Shown: positions 48,395-60,800 of the stretch, in pieces
Layout of the letters: the number at the start of each line of letters is the position of its first letter
Numbering within the stretch: the stretch's first letter is position 1
NCBI GenBank assembly: GCA_017499595.2
Contig: CM039000.1
Coordinates: 3,534,001 to 3,598,000 of the forward strand
DNA length: 64,000 nucleotides
Direction of reading: 5' to 3'
Source of the DNA: Psilocybe cubensis
Lineage: Eukaryota
Notes under the pieces: model-generated
What the model was told of the DNA's origin: nothing
What the model saw: the letters and a program-made list of their open reading frames with translations, nothing else
The model's database searches: none
Program-made: the position numbers and the translations under genes

Positions 48395-49648
48395 TCACAT
48401 CAACGACGCCACGCGGCGCATGACGCGCCTCTGCGCTCTGAAGACGCCGAACCTGAATCCGAGCGCGAACGCCTGCCACTGCCGCTTTAGGCTCTGCGTG
48501 CACGACGGGACGTACTCGCTCTCCTGCGCCGTTGGTGCGAGGGTACTTGTCGCGGTGTTCTTGGCCGCGGACCTTGAGCGTGACCGCGAGCGCACGCGCG
48601 AGACGAGGGTGGGTGCGCGTAGGTGCGCCGAGTCGTCGTCGGCGTCGTCCAGGATAGTGGATTCTTCGCGCGCAGTGACGAACGCGTCGTCATCTTCGTC
48701 CAAATCATACACCTGCCGACTCGCCCTTCTCCCTGCTCCCGCAGACAAAGGCCGCTCAACGGACATGCGGCGCTGGCGCGTCGTCTCCTCCTCCTGACAC
48801 TCCATCTTCTCGCGCATCTCGCGCACCTCGCGCTCTTCATCTTCCTGGCGCTGCGCGCGCTCTTTCTCCTCTCGAAGCCTCATCCGCTCCTTCTCGCGAT
48901 CGCCCTTGGACAGCCGGCGCCGGTGCTTCTTCTCCCGCTCCCGCTCGCGTTGGAGCGCATGCACTTTTTCTTCGAACGGCGACTCGGAGAGCACCGCGTC
49001 CGTGTCGTCTTCGTACGACGTGGGCAGCGTCGAGGATGTCCCTGTCGGCGAGTAGTACGTGGATGTGGGCGTGTACATGGACATGGTGGAAAACGACGAT
49101 TCCCGCGGACGGGTGGTGTAGGCGTTGTTGTTCGTCGTGTGGCTCGAGGTAGACCAGGAGCGGGTGGGTGGTGCGCTATATCTGTTTCGCTGGTGGTGGT
49201 TCTGCCACTCCTCAGACTCGTCATCGAGCGCGGACTCGTCGAGGTCGATCTCCCAATCGAACTGCGGGCGCCGGGTGTTCGAGCTCGTCGTGCTCGGACT
49301 GACCCTCGACGCGCTGCTGGCGCTGCTATGCGAATAGGAGCTCGAGAGCGAGTGCTGCTTCTGCCTCTGCGGGAGCTTGTGTGCGGGGGAGGGGAAGTGG
49401 CGGTAGTCCGGGTCGTGGAGGTCGCCGTTCTTGTCGACGTACGCGCGGGTGAATGTGGGGGAGGGCCGGGTGGAGGAGGAGGGGAGGTACGATGGGTCGA
49501 GGATCCTGGAGATGTCTGCGGCTGCGGCTGAGACAGCGGCGGGGCGGGTGTCGCGGCAGTGTGCGAGCATGCTTGCGGTGGGGTTCAGAAAGTGCAGCGG
49601 GGAGGTGGATCGGGTTGGGTAGTCGTATGAGTAGTCAAACGACGGCAT
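48395..49648 (-). CDS. Uncharacterised, largely disordered protein, 417 aa, intronless
   Basis: Open frame from ATG 49648 (MPSFDYSYDY) with strongly GC-rich codons. Motifs ILDPSY and AYVDKNGDLHDPDYRHFP, a charged coiled coil, and a C-terminal basic amphipathic PSCTQSLKRQWQAFALGFRFGVFRAQRRV. Confidence 0.8.
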   Translation of the reverse strand: MPSFDYSYDYPTRSTSPLHFLNPTASMLAHCRDTRPAAVSAAAADISRILDPSYLPSSSTRPSPTFTRAYVDKNGDLHDPDYRHFPSPAHKLPQRQKQHSLSSSYSHSSASSASRVSPSTTSSNTRRPQFDWEIDLDESALDDESEEWQNHHQRNRYSAPPTRSWSTSSHTTNNNAYTTRPRESSFSTMSMYTPTSTYYSPTGTSSTLPTSYEDDTDAVLSESPFEEKVHALQREREREKKHRRRLSKGDREKERMRLREEKERAQRQEDEEREVREMREKMECQEEETTRQRRMSVERPLSAGAGRRASRQVYDLDEDDDAFVTAREESTILDDADDDSAHLRAPTLVSRVRSRSRSRSAAKNTATSTLAPTAQESEYVPSCTQSLKRQWQAFALGFRFGVFRAQRRVMRRVASLM

Positions 49649-49859
49649 GGTAGTAGTACAAGTCAACTTTGGGGGAAACCACTGTGCGGAGAAATGGGAT
49701 GGGTTATATACAGCCAAGTTCGCCCGGAGGGAAGGAGAAGCGACAAGCTCGGGTTTATATTTCCCTACTCTTAACACGCGACTTATCAAGATCTCGGATT
49801 CCAAGTGAAATCCTACTCTCTTCCCCTTTGGGAAGTTAAACACTCCACTCAACACACCA

Positions 49860-52800
49860 CCGAGCCGGCTCGCGAACCCGGCTCACCCGAACCGAGCAAC
49901 CACCACCCCACGACTCAATCGCACTGCTGCTGCTGACATACCCGGTTACTCAGCCCATGTGTGCTTTCTATCTATTCTATTCTACTCATCCTCACCTCAG
50001 GTAACGCTGCTTTATCCTCGTCACTTGACTTGCACTCGAGTCATATCTAGCCGGCGTTGTCCTCGCTGCCTCACATCACACCCGAAGCCGTGCGGCGTGC
50101 GCGCAGAGGCGGCTATACCCATCCTGCATCCTGGAGCTGTTTTCTGTTTCCTGATTCTGTTTCCTGCCATTTTCTGTTTTCTCATTCTGTTTTCTGAACA
50201 TTATATGACATGACATGGTATGATATGATATGATATGATAACCCCCTCGCTATTGTCTCTCTCGGCTTGCCATTGCACATTGCAAGTGATAAATCAATGG
50301 CATGTTCCCGGATAACACACCCTTTCCTTGTCTTCTGATGTTCTCTGCCACTGCGTTCTGGTTCTTCCTTGCCTGCTGCATGTTGCTGGTTCTGTTACTG
50401 TTACCGTTGCCGGTGCTGTTATTATCTCTCTCTGGCTGCTGCTGCTGCTGTGATTATCGAGGTCTAGCTGTCTGGCTGCTGCTGCTGCTGTGATTATCGC
50501 CAACTCTACTTTCACTTCTCCTTCTCCTTCTACTTTTATTTCTACTTCTGCTCAGCCCTGCTCATCGCAGCATGAATTCTTTTTCCAGGCCGCGGCTCGC
50601 TTTCATCACTCTTATTTTCTATGCTTGCATCTATTTAAATCCCCGGCACGCCTCACACCCGCCTTGCCTCACCCCCGCCTCACCCCCGGCACGCCTCGCG
50701 CTCGCTTGCTCATACCCTCCCTTTTTGGCTCTACGGGCGCGACGACGTCGACGACGTGGATTTTTGGATGCCGGATGTGCGTGAGCGTGCATAGATTAGA
50801 TGCGCGCCTGTCGCGCCTTATCGCGTTGCGTTGTATCGCCCCGCGTCGTCCCGTGCCGCGTCGCGTTGAGCTTTGTTGTCTGTGTCGCGTCGCGTTGTGC
50901 CATGTTCCAGCGTTGTACCATATTCCATTGTTGTCGTGTCGTTCATGTTATTTACGTGCATGTTGTGTTGTTTAACCAGCACCAACACCAGCACCAACAA
51001 CGAACAACCGAACAAAACGCACAGGTCGAACAAACGAACAAAACGCAAAGTTGAACATTGATATCGCAGCCTGAGACCTTGGCCCCTTCCCTCCTTCTCC
51101 TTTCTAGTCTTCTTTCTTAGTTTACCGCATTCTGTCTATATAACTGTGTACCCGCGCATCAGCGTGTTGGTACTTGATTGTGGTTTTTGATTATGGGTCT
51201 TGATTGTGGGTCTTGACGCGCATTACAATATAATATAGTATGATATAATGTGATACGGCACAACGCGGGGCAGCGCAGCGCGGCGGCAACGCAAGGCAAC
51301 GCACACCAAGCGGCAAAGCAGCGCGAGGCAAGGCGGCAACGCAAGACAGGGTAAAATCGTCTTAATCTATACGCACGTTTTAATTACCTTTCCTTTTCCC
51401 CTCACCTTTACTTTTATCAATACAAATTATAACACACTGCCTTTCCTTTTACCTCTAGTCACTACGTTTACACTTACGTTCACATCCGGCATGACCCACA
51501 ATCTTATCCAATCTTCACAATAGACAATAAACGATTCAATTGCATTCAATTGCATTCAATTGACTAACAGTAACACGCGCGCATCATGATCCTAATCCAT
51601 CTTGCGTATAGGTATATAATAGGGCACAACACGCCGTCCGAGTCCGACTGATTTATACTAAATTATAGTAATTAGTATATAGTATCAGTATTAGTATCAG
51701 TGGCGCTCCGCGGAATGGATTAGATTAGATGGCGCGGCGCGGCACACAACGCCTAACGCGCAGTCTAAGCCGCAGTCATGGTCGCTGCTATTCAACTGGA
51801 ATCTGGAGTCCTGTGTTGAATATTTCGACTGCGCGTGCGTGTGCGTGCTGTGTTAATCCTATCGCTTTCCCCCCCACCTTCAACAAATCCAACCCAACCC
51901 AATGCGATACGATGCAGAATTTGCAGTACGCAAGAATCCTGCCCGTTCGCCCGCTTCTCCCGTTGATGATGGTTTGGACGTTGTTGCGTCCTCGACGCAC
52001 TATACGATGATACAAAACAGTAGAACAAAATAGAGTAGAGTAGAATAGAGTAGAATAAAATAGAGTAGAGTAGAGTAGAGTATACATCACCATCAATATC
52101 AATATCGGGAGAACGACTCCCTACCGCACCTTACTGTCACGGTATAACATACAATGCCATGGCATATATAGACACTTCCCGTCCATCTTTAACCTTGTCC
52201 ACCATCCATCTTGTCCACCGTCACCGCACGTCGCGCCGAGAAACCGAGACCGAGAAACCGAGCAGCCGAGCGAGCGGCCGAGCATGAATTCGGAGAGGAG
52301 AGAGGAGACAGAAGAGAGGAGAGGAGAGAAGTACAGAGAAGCACCCTCGGGAGGTGCACTGCCAAATTATCCAGTGAACACGGGATACCTATGATTGAAA
52401 TTTTGATGAACTTGGACTTGAACTTGAACTTGAGCTTGAAGGTGAACTTGGGAGTTGACCTTGGATTTGGATTTGGATTTGGAATGTTGTGTTGTAGCGC
52501 GGGGTCGGGTTTTAGGGTTCATTTATCACTCACTCACTCACTCACTCACTGGCACTCGTTCATCAGCCTTCAATTTTATCTCTTTATCTTTATTTCCATC
52601 TCTTTATCTTCATCTTCATCTTTATATATATTTTGAGATGTCGACGGTGTTGAGCGGTGGAGGCCGTGTGTCGAAGCCTCGAAGGGTGTTTTTTAGAATT
52701 GAAATTGAAATTGAAATTTGTTCCCTGGGCCGGGTTGAGATGGGTTTGGGTAGAGTTTGCTTTGGGTTTACTAGTACTACTGAAATACCTTCAACATCGA

Positions 52801-54800
52801 CATTAATATTAACATTAACATCGACTTGAACTTGAACTTGGGTATCTGAAATCCGAGTCCAAGTCCAAGTCTGAAATCCGAAACATCTAAAGTCAGAAAT
52901 CAAAATCAGAACCTCGAACCTGGAACTCAGATTTTCGGGCAAATTTTCGTGCGTGCTCGTCGAAACACGAGGTTCGCACTCTCAGGCTCTCTCGGGGTCG
53001 CGTAGGTGAGAAGAGAGGTTCGTTCGTTCACCCCGCACACACATATATACACATACATATATAGTATTATATAGTATGAATATGATATATAGAAGTAACC
53101 AAATAAGAAACAGTAATGACTTAAGTAAGAGTAAAAAGTCGGGAAACGAAACGGGAAACGAGAAACGGGAAACGGGAAACGGGAACGTTCGACCGTCGCG
53201 ATTCACAACTCACAACTCACAACTCGCGCCGCGTCTCCATGTTCGAGCTCTGATGATGCTCCCAGCTCTGCTCAATCATATCAGAAATGATTGATCAGAA
53301 TGTGGGCCCGCCTCGCCTCCAACCGCAACCGCGTACGCGAGCATGGCATTGCTATGACTATTTATAAAGTACTTAGATTATAGTGTACCAAGACGGCGGC
53401 GCTTAGCCTTGCCTGGCTCAGAGTCCTGGCGGGGTCGAGGTCGAGGTCTGCAACGCGATGCGATGCGATGCGAGTCGGGAGAGTTGGGATGGGAACGGAC
53501 TCTGCTTTTGATTTAGGGGCTTATAGTTGCACTGTGCAGCTTACGACTTTTAAATGTAAATGAGCAGCTAGCTGGAGATAGGCGCGAAGTAGGCGCGCGT
53601 AAGTGAGTCGGGGTTGAGCGCGAGCGCGAGCCTGTCGACTCGACTCGACTCGCGTAGTTGGGGTGGGTGCTATATTCAAGTCCAAGTTCGCGCGTAGATA
53701 ATCTTAATAATAGCGCTAACACCAATACGCACAACTATTTTAATTTATCGAAGCGCCGTGGTGTGTTGTGATAGCGTGTATTACACCCCAGCAGATAGTA
53801 GCACAGTATTAATGAACGAACGAAGAAAGAAGAAAGAAGAAGAAATCGACGCGCCCCAGTGATCAGTGCGATTCAATCGACCGACCGTGGATCATTAAAT
53901 TCTTACCCGGTACTGCCAACGAAGATGAGCTGCAGCACATCGAGCCTTGACATACCCCAGACTCCAGATTTCATGATCCCAATTGAATCATGATGCATTA
54001 GATACAATACGAATACGATACACTTACATACGACGATAGACTGAACCCACGCAGATATCGCGCTTCTTCATTATCATTATCTGACCCCAGAAACGCAAGT
54101 CGGAGAGAGGTAGATAAACGCCATCCAGAACGTTACATGATTCCTGCTCATGGGCATGGTCATGCAAGCCACCGTACCGTACCGTGAGTCCGCAGTGACG
54201 GGGACAGAGAGAACTGAGAGAGATCTCGAGAATACATGCTTTTGCTCATGGCCGGCCCACACCATATCCCGTCGGACGTCTCCGAGTCCCCACTGGCTGA
54301 ATCTGATCAGTGACTCGGACGCTGATAATTATGATTATCTCTCACTCGGCCCGTAGACGCAGCAGCAGCATACACTTATCGAATCTCATGCATCATGCCC
54401 GACGCCGAGGGTCAGGCGCGCTGACGCCCGTAGCCGGCGGAGGCCGCGTACAAAGCTGAGCGGGTCAGAGCGCTCCATTCACCCTACATATATATATACT
54501 TATACTTAATAAAGGCAGCTACATAAATACACCCGCCATCGACGCTAGTTAATTATATCTAACTTATAACTTATTACCTCGTTCGCCGATGGTCCATGGC
54601 GCAGCACAGTGGGCTATTTTTGGCTTACTGTCGTTATTGTTATTGGTCGGCCGCGGGGCAGTAAGTGATTGTGATTGGATTGGATTGGGTATCTTGCACT
54701 GAACCGGCCAGTTAGTCCGGGGAGAGAGGGAGAGGGCGTTCGGTCGGCGGGTCGGTCGGTCACGGCTCGGGGAGTTAGAACCAAGTTCTATAGGGCGAGT
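49860..54800. repeat. Microsatellite / low-complexity-dense region upstream of the orphan gene
   Basis: (ATATG)n ~50219, (GCT)n ~50435-50490, CACCCCCG-type repeats ~50641-50700, (AGTAG)n ~52033, (AACTTG)n ~52409, (CACT)n ~52527, (GAAACGG)n ~53143 and (GCGAT)n ~53455. Confidence 0.85.
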
Positions 54801-57800
54801 CTAATTGCACCAATACCTTTTTGTCTAATCGTCTAATCAGCTCGCGGACGAGCTGGGATTTCGATTCGCCTCGGTGGTACGCCAATGGGAGCAATGGAGG
54901 GGTGTCATTCGTTGGATTCGGGGATTCCATTCCATATTCCCTCTCTCGAGCTCTGAATCTCTCAGGCTACTCTGGAGTGGGGTGAAAGCTAGGAATGGCA
55001 GGTAAGTCAGAACATGAGAAAAGCGGCTCTTAGTAGGGAGAGGGATCGATCCGCTACGCCTTTAAAGTCCATTTCCATTTTCGCTTTCCTCTCGGAGGTT
55101 CTTGGCACGGCGAAGGCGGGAGATACGTCCAACCATAACTTGTAAGTACAGTGTCTTGAAGCTATTCTGGAAATAAAACCACGCTTCTTGAGTTATACCA
55201 CCAATGGCAGAGCACATGAAAGAGCGGAAGACATGTCAACTCTTGGCATTGTAGATGTGATGAGATAGGATGAGATAGAACCCAGAATTTCCACTGGCTC
55301 ATGTGAATAAGAGATACTTACCTCCTTTATTCAATACAGATCTCGCTGTGTGATTCTGGAAGACGTCATTTTGGACACTGGCACTGCCATTGGTAGACGT
55401 GCCCAGAGTTTTCGTGGTGTCGTTTCGTTTTCTTTCTTTTCTTTCCTAGTTGTTTTCACCCGCTCAGACGGCGTCGACGCCCGCTTAATCGCCGGAGTCG
55501 CTCGGGGTCGATCCCGTTTCTGGAATAAAACGCACGAACGCCTATGATTGGTGTATGTAAATATCTAGCTGCTGTATTATTTCAGTTTCACTTAATTTCT
55601 TACCTGCAGTGCTAGTACACCAGGCTACAGTAGTAGCAAGTCTAATAGACGACGGGGGCCACAACTAGAATCTGCATCGCAGGCTAGGTATCAAAAGGTC
55701 AATCCCCCTTTGAGTGGTGAACGTCGCGCAGTGCTTTTGAGCTGGTTTGCGTTTACTTTAGATATGAAGTGCAAGGAGTGTGATGATGTCGTCCAATCAA
55801 ACCCGAGTCGCCGAGGACGTGAGCCATTGGCGATCTTAATTAAACCGGGTTGCTGATTGGCGCCCGCCCAGGCCACAGTGCTTTCAGTGCTCATCACCAC
55901 TTCTCATTCAAAATTCACGCGTTCGACACGTTTATTAGCGAATGGAAAAATTTTAGAGGCTGTTCGGGTTATTTGGATGGTTAATAGCAACGCATGGTTT
56001 CGATGAGTGTGTGCTATGTAGCCTATGCTTGTATACATGGGTACTGATTGATGGAGATCCCGCCCTCGGCCTCGTGTTCGCACTACCACATCACACGCGC
56101 CTGTGCAAATGAACCATGATAATGCGAGGACAACGATAGACTCTCAGTCAGGTCAAAGCCAGCCAACCCACCCACCAACCGACACCACGCAGTGCCTCAA
56201 ACACGCACCGGTTGCTCTACAGGTCTATTTTTAAACGATTGTGTGGGGGTTTTCATTATCGAGTCTATTTTGAACCCGTGTATGTGGATGAACATCGTGC
56301 AAACCTGGAGGTGCTGAATAATTGCGGGGCAGTCTCGGTGAAAACTAGTGGTCAAGGGTTTTAGAGCCTCAGGGTTGGCGGCAGGCATAATTGTTGTGAT
56401 CGGAGTAGCCGTCGGCGTCGATTAGCGCCCATTGAAAGGCCGTACTATTCAACGCGGGACTTCGGCAGTGAACGCGCTTTTTCACTATACAAGTGAACTG
56501 GATCGCGCCATTTTGCTGTAAGTTTGAATACAAGAGGATTCCACTTATCAGGAGACTATTCGGACGCGTGCTGAAAATAGTAGGAAACGAAATTACCCCC
56601 TAACTTCGGTACACAGTGCACACAGTGCCACTGGCAATGTGGATGGCGCCTCATGGTCGCGTTCCTTCATACCCTCTACCCACCAATCAACGGAATTACA
56701 TTCCATCTTATCTCTCGGAAACCAGCTTGAACGTCGCTCGCTGCTTGCTGCCAGCAGACCATTTTCCCAAAAATTTGCAATCGAAATCCCATTGCGGAGG
56801 ATGGAATCCGGACGTGAACGCGTACGTTGATTGATTTCGGTGCCAATAAGACACGAAAATCCATGATTTTCAATGATCCTCAATGTCCATAAATTTTTTT
56901 CACCTTGGCAACGAACGAAGAAATTGACCCAAGACCGGATAACGGCGCGTACCTTGGTTTCTCATACGGACTAGCCGAAGGTAGCTAGCTGTATAGTTTG
57001 TAGTCTAGCAGTAGTAGTTCAGTAGTAACGTAACAAGTTTGTACGAGAGCATCTCCGTGGCATTAGACTTCACAACGCTCTATCATACCATATGATTGTC
57101 TCTGTGAAATCAGGCCTATATCATGTTTCCTCCAGATTTTTTAAGAATTTAGAAAGCAGGCACTGTTGAAATAGCTCCTGGTGACTGGTTCCTGCCAGCT
57201 GGAACAAAAAGGCACAGAAGTGTTTCCATCTCAAACATTTAGATTCGAAACTTAGTATTTCTCTTATTAGTTCAACGGTCAACTCCAGTTGCGGTTTCTC
57301 ATTAGCCGTTGGACGAACGACTTTACGAGACCAATAACCGCTTAGCTGCAGTAATAACGCAAGGATACAATGAACCTACAGCACGGTAGATTCTCTGCAC
57401 TCTCTTACCCCACATCCCTTAGTGAACGGAATTAATATTGTTGGAAACGTGTTTGCCTCATGTCGTACTAATTTCACGTCCGACGGACTCTACCTGCGGA
57501 GGTGGCGTTTAGAGGTGGTGTATTTATAGAATGGCGATCGAAATGAAAAAAATGGCAGTGCAAATGTTTATACCCCTAATTTTCATCTTCTTTCGAGTTT
57601 TCTGTCTAACAAAGCGAATATACCTAGCGAAATCCTTTGTGCGGTGCAGTTTTCAACACGCAGTAAGAGAACTGCCGATTTCTGGATGAATGGCCTGCTT
57701 GAAATTCTATTTTTTGTTGGTTCGACTTCAGTTCGAATTTGCATCGTTAATGTGTACATGACGACCCTCTCTTCTGACTTCTGGGCGCATGTATCATACA

Positions 57801-60800
57801 GTTGTAGAGCTTCTGGGTGACCTCTTCAACGGTCCGAAGGTATTGAGATAACTCTTGAGAAGCTGCGAATGGGGAAGACATCTCGGGAAAATCAGGAAGT
57901 TCAAAAACCTTGGACGGTTGAAAGATACCAAGCTCTCTAGAATACGCGAACGCGCACACGCCCGTCGGGACTCGGGAGGACGGTAGTATGACCAAAATCA
58001 TATTCAAGGATATCTCCCATAGATTGCCCAAGGAATATCCCCACGTAACGATGTGCAGCACGCGCGGCAATGCTTCGCCATTTTACCTACGATTTTACCT
58101 GACTCCAACTCAACCCGTGCGGCCAAATGCCAACAGTCTACTCAGCTTTCAGAGTGCAAAGACCTCGGAGAATTCCTTTGTAAAAGTTAACAAGAGGATT
58201 AGATGGCGACCCGCCGTATGACCCACAGTCCGGCGGCAGAGTGATGGTCAATTTGTCAGCTTTTGGCCTTCAGTAACACCTAATTCCACGCGTAAATGCT
58301 TCCGCGTAATCTTGATGGGCACTGCCGACAAGCCGTAGTCTCAAAGACTTGATTATTAGTCAGCTCATAATGTGCCAGCTCACAAATGGTGGTTTGGTTT
58401 GCTCATCCGTGATAACGGCCCAAACCATTTCAACTGGTTCGTTTCTGAGATTCTGCTTGACTCCAGTAATGGACTCGGAGGTTAGTTGATGCAACTTCCA
58501 TGACTGTATTTCTACGGTCTTTGTGCTGTCCCTCTAATCTTGTACTGAGAACGTTACATGAAATGGTGAGTAGGAGATTAAGATAACCGGAGGTTCTGTG
58601 ACTACTTGTTGAATGCTCTACACATTCAGCCATTCATGTACTACAATCAAAATCAACTCGTATCACTTCTGTGGTTTTTCTCTGAAACATCATAAGATAA
58701 TTTTGCAGTTCTAATCAATAGGAGATGAGGGGAATATCGAATTATACTACGGTATTTTACGGAGCGATGGCGCCATGTTATGCATACAATGTATTAATAC
58801 AAGTGCGTGCGATATGGGAAGAAAGGAAGTGAGGCATATGAAGGGAATCCGAGCATAGTACACGAGGGTATCGGACCGACCTTGAACGCGAGCAGCGAGA
58901 GAAGAAAACAAAATATAGATAATGCAACGGAAAGGCGAGAATACCGGACAACTGGCTGAGAAGTTTAGCGAAAGTCATCATTCGCGCTACCAGCGAGGCA
59001 CCTGAGTCCCGGAAGATTGCCAACGGATCTGTTCATGCAGTTTATCAGGAAACTAACGATACACAGAAGAAATGTAAAGGTTGTGGCCAGAAACTGAACA
59101 AAGCAGAGTTGTCCACTAAACTACACCCACGCTATCTTAACGCCCCTCGTGTATCGATGAGCACACGTTGACTGACTGTTAGGATTTCAACGATGAGAAC
59201 CCTCCATCGCTGGATTATGATAGTGGTAAGAAGCGAGTAGCCTCAGCTATGAAACGACAAGCCTATGTTTATTAGGGTATAGGGCGCACAAAATGTGTTT
59301 CTGGCCAGCTTCTTTGTCCGATGGTCTGTGGCGAGTAGGTGAAAGTGAACCTCGAAGGAGCAATGATGGATTGAAATCCGTGATTAGATTAGATTTACAA
59401 AAATAGGAGGGTGCCAAGCATAGATCACCGACGCAGGACGCGTGCAAGTTGTACTAAAAGTACTCACATGCAACTTCAAGGCATCCTGCAGGCAAGATAA
59501 AAATGCAGAGGAATGCCTCAGCTGGGATAATGAAGATTAGAAGACGGAGATTAAGATTTCCACTGTCTGAGCTACGATTTCTGACCTTACAGACCCTACG
59601 AGCTGGCATGTTAATGGAAATACACTTCACACTAGACGTGTCACACCAGGATCCTGAGTATCGTTCAACTTCCTGAGCTCATTCTAATTATAATTGAAGG
59701 AGTCGGGAATCATAATGACTGGATTTTCGATCTTCATTACGTATTTCGTCCAGAGAGTTCATCCTACTTAATGCTATCAGTTGTCGACATGTAAGCGCTT
59801 GTGATCACTACGGGAGTAAGATGGATTCGTCGCTGATAACTCGAACCATTGATAATCCGACCGATGGCTGGTACTTATTGTAACGGCCCTTTACTCCGAA
59901 TTTACTATGCATCGTGCTATTCGCATGTTGGAGTGCTCAGTCAACTGACGGGACTTCCTCGGAATTTGATGGATAGAGGGAATCAGCCGGCCCTCTCAGG
60001 TCCTCACCCACGGAAATTAAGAGCCTCGATTTAATTATCTTACAGTCATGTCTGTAACAGTTGGCTATCCAGTGAGGCACCATGAGAAAGCTTCACAAGG
60101 CAATCCTGATGTACATAACACCAATAAATCACCAGACGATAACATGACACTTTTCATGCCCAGCCCGATTAGACAAGACTCGACTTATGGACTTCTCATA
60201 AAACGGACAGCAGGCATTTGGAAGCCTTGTCGTTGCAATCAGTGGCAGTGCTATTCGAACACTGATACTCAATAGTGAATGCCGGCTCGTATTTGTGAAG
60301 ATGGTCGGTGTATAGATCGTTTCCCATCGTTTGATTTGCGGAATTCGACTCTTCAAAATTTAAGCAACTATCGGAAGACTTCGGCCTGGATCGCAGAATA
60401 TCGCATGCTAGGTGACTACAGGCGGATGTTGGTAGTTGGATTATGATATTCTGAAGAGCCTAGGAAAGGTGGCCAATGGGAATGTACGGGTGTGTGATTC
60501 CATCTGACAGACCACATGGCCGTCGATGTATGAGTATCTGTTCCCCCGGTTATCAAGAAGCCGGGCCGAGGAGCAAACGGGCGTCTACGGACGGGCCAAC
60601 CAACCAACCACAGCAATACATAAAGCCGATATAGGCTCAGAATAATTTTTTTCATTGAGTTGGGAGTCAAACTATTTCGCCCAACACTCGAAAAAAATTG
60701 TAAGTGTTAACGTTCAAATGAAGCAGGGTCACCGCCGACGTCTCGAGTCACGAAATTAGTAGGGGGACAATATCAGTAGGCACTTTGTTGATGGCTGGCC

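Noticed and set aside
50490-50975. ORF ending in CCVV (CAAX-like, possible pheromone precursor)
   Set aside because: It is microsatellite-derived, has no ATG start at the called position, is too long and lacks pheromone-precursor features.
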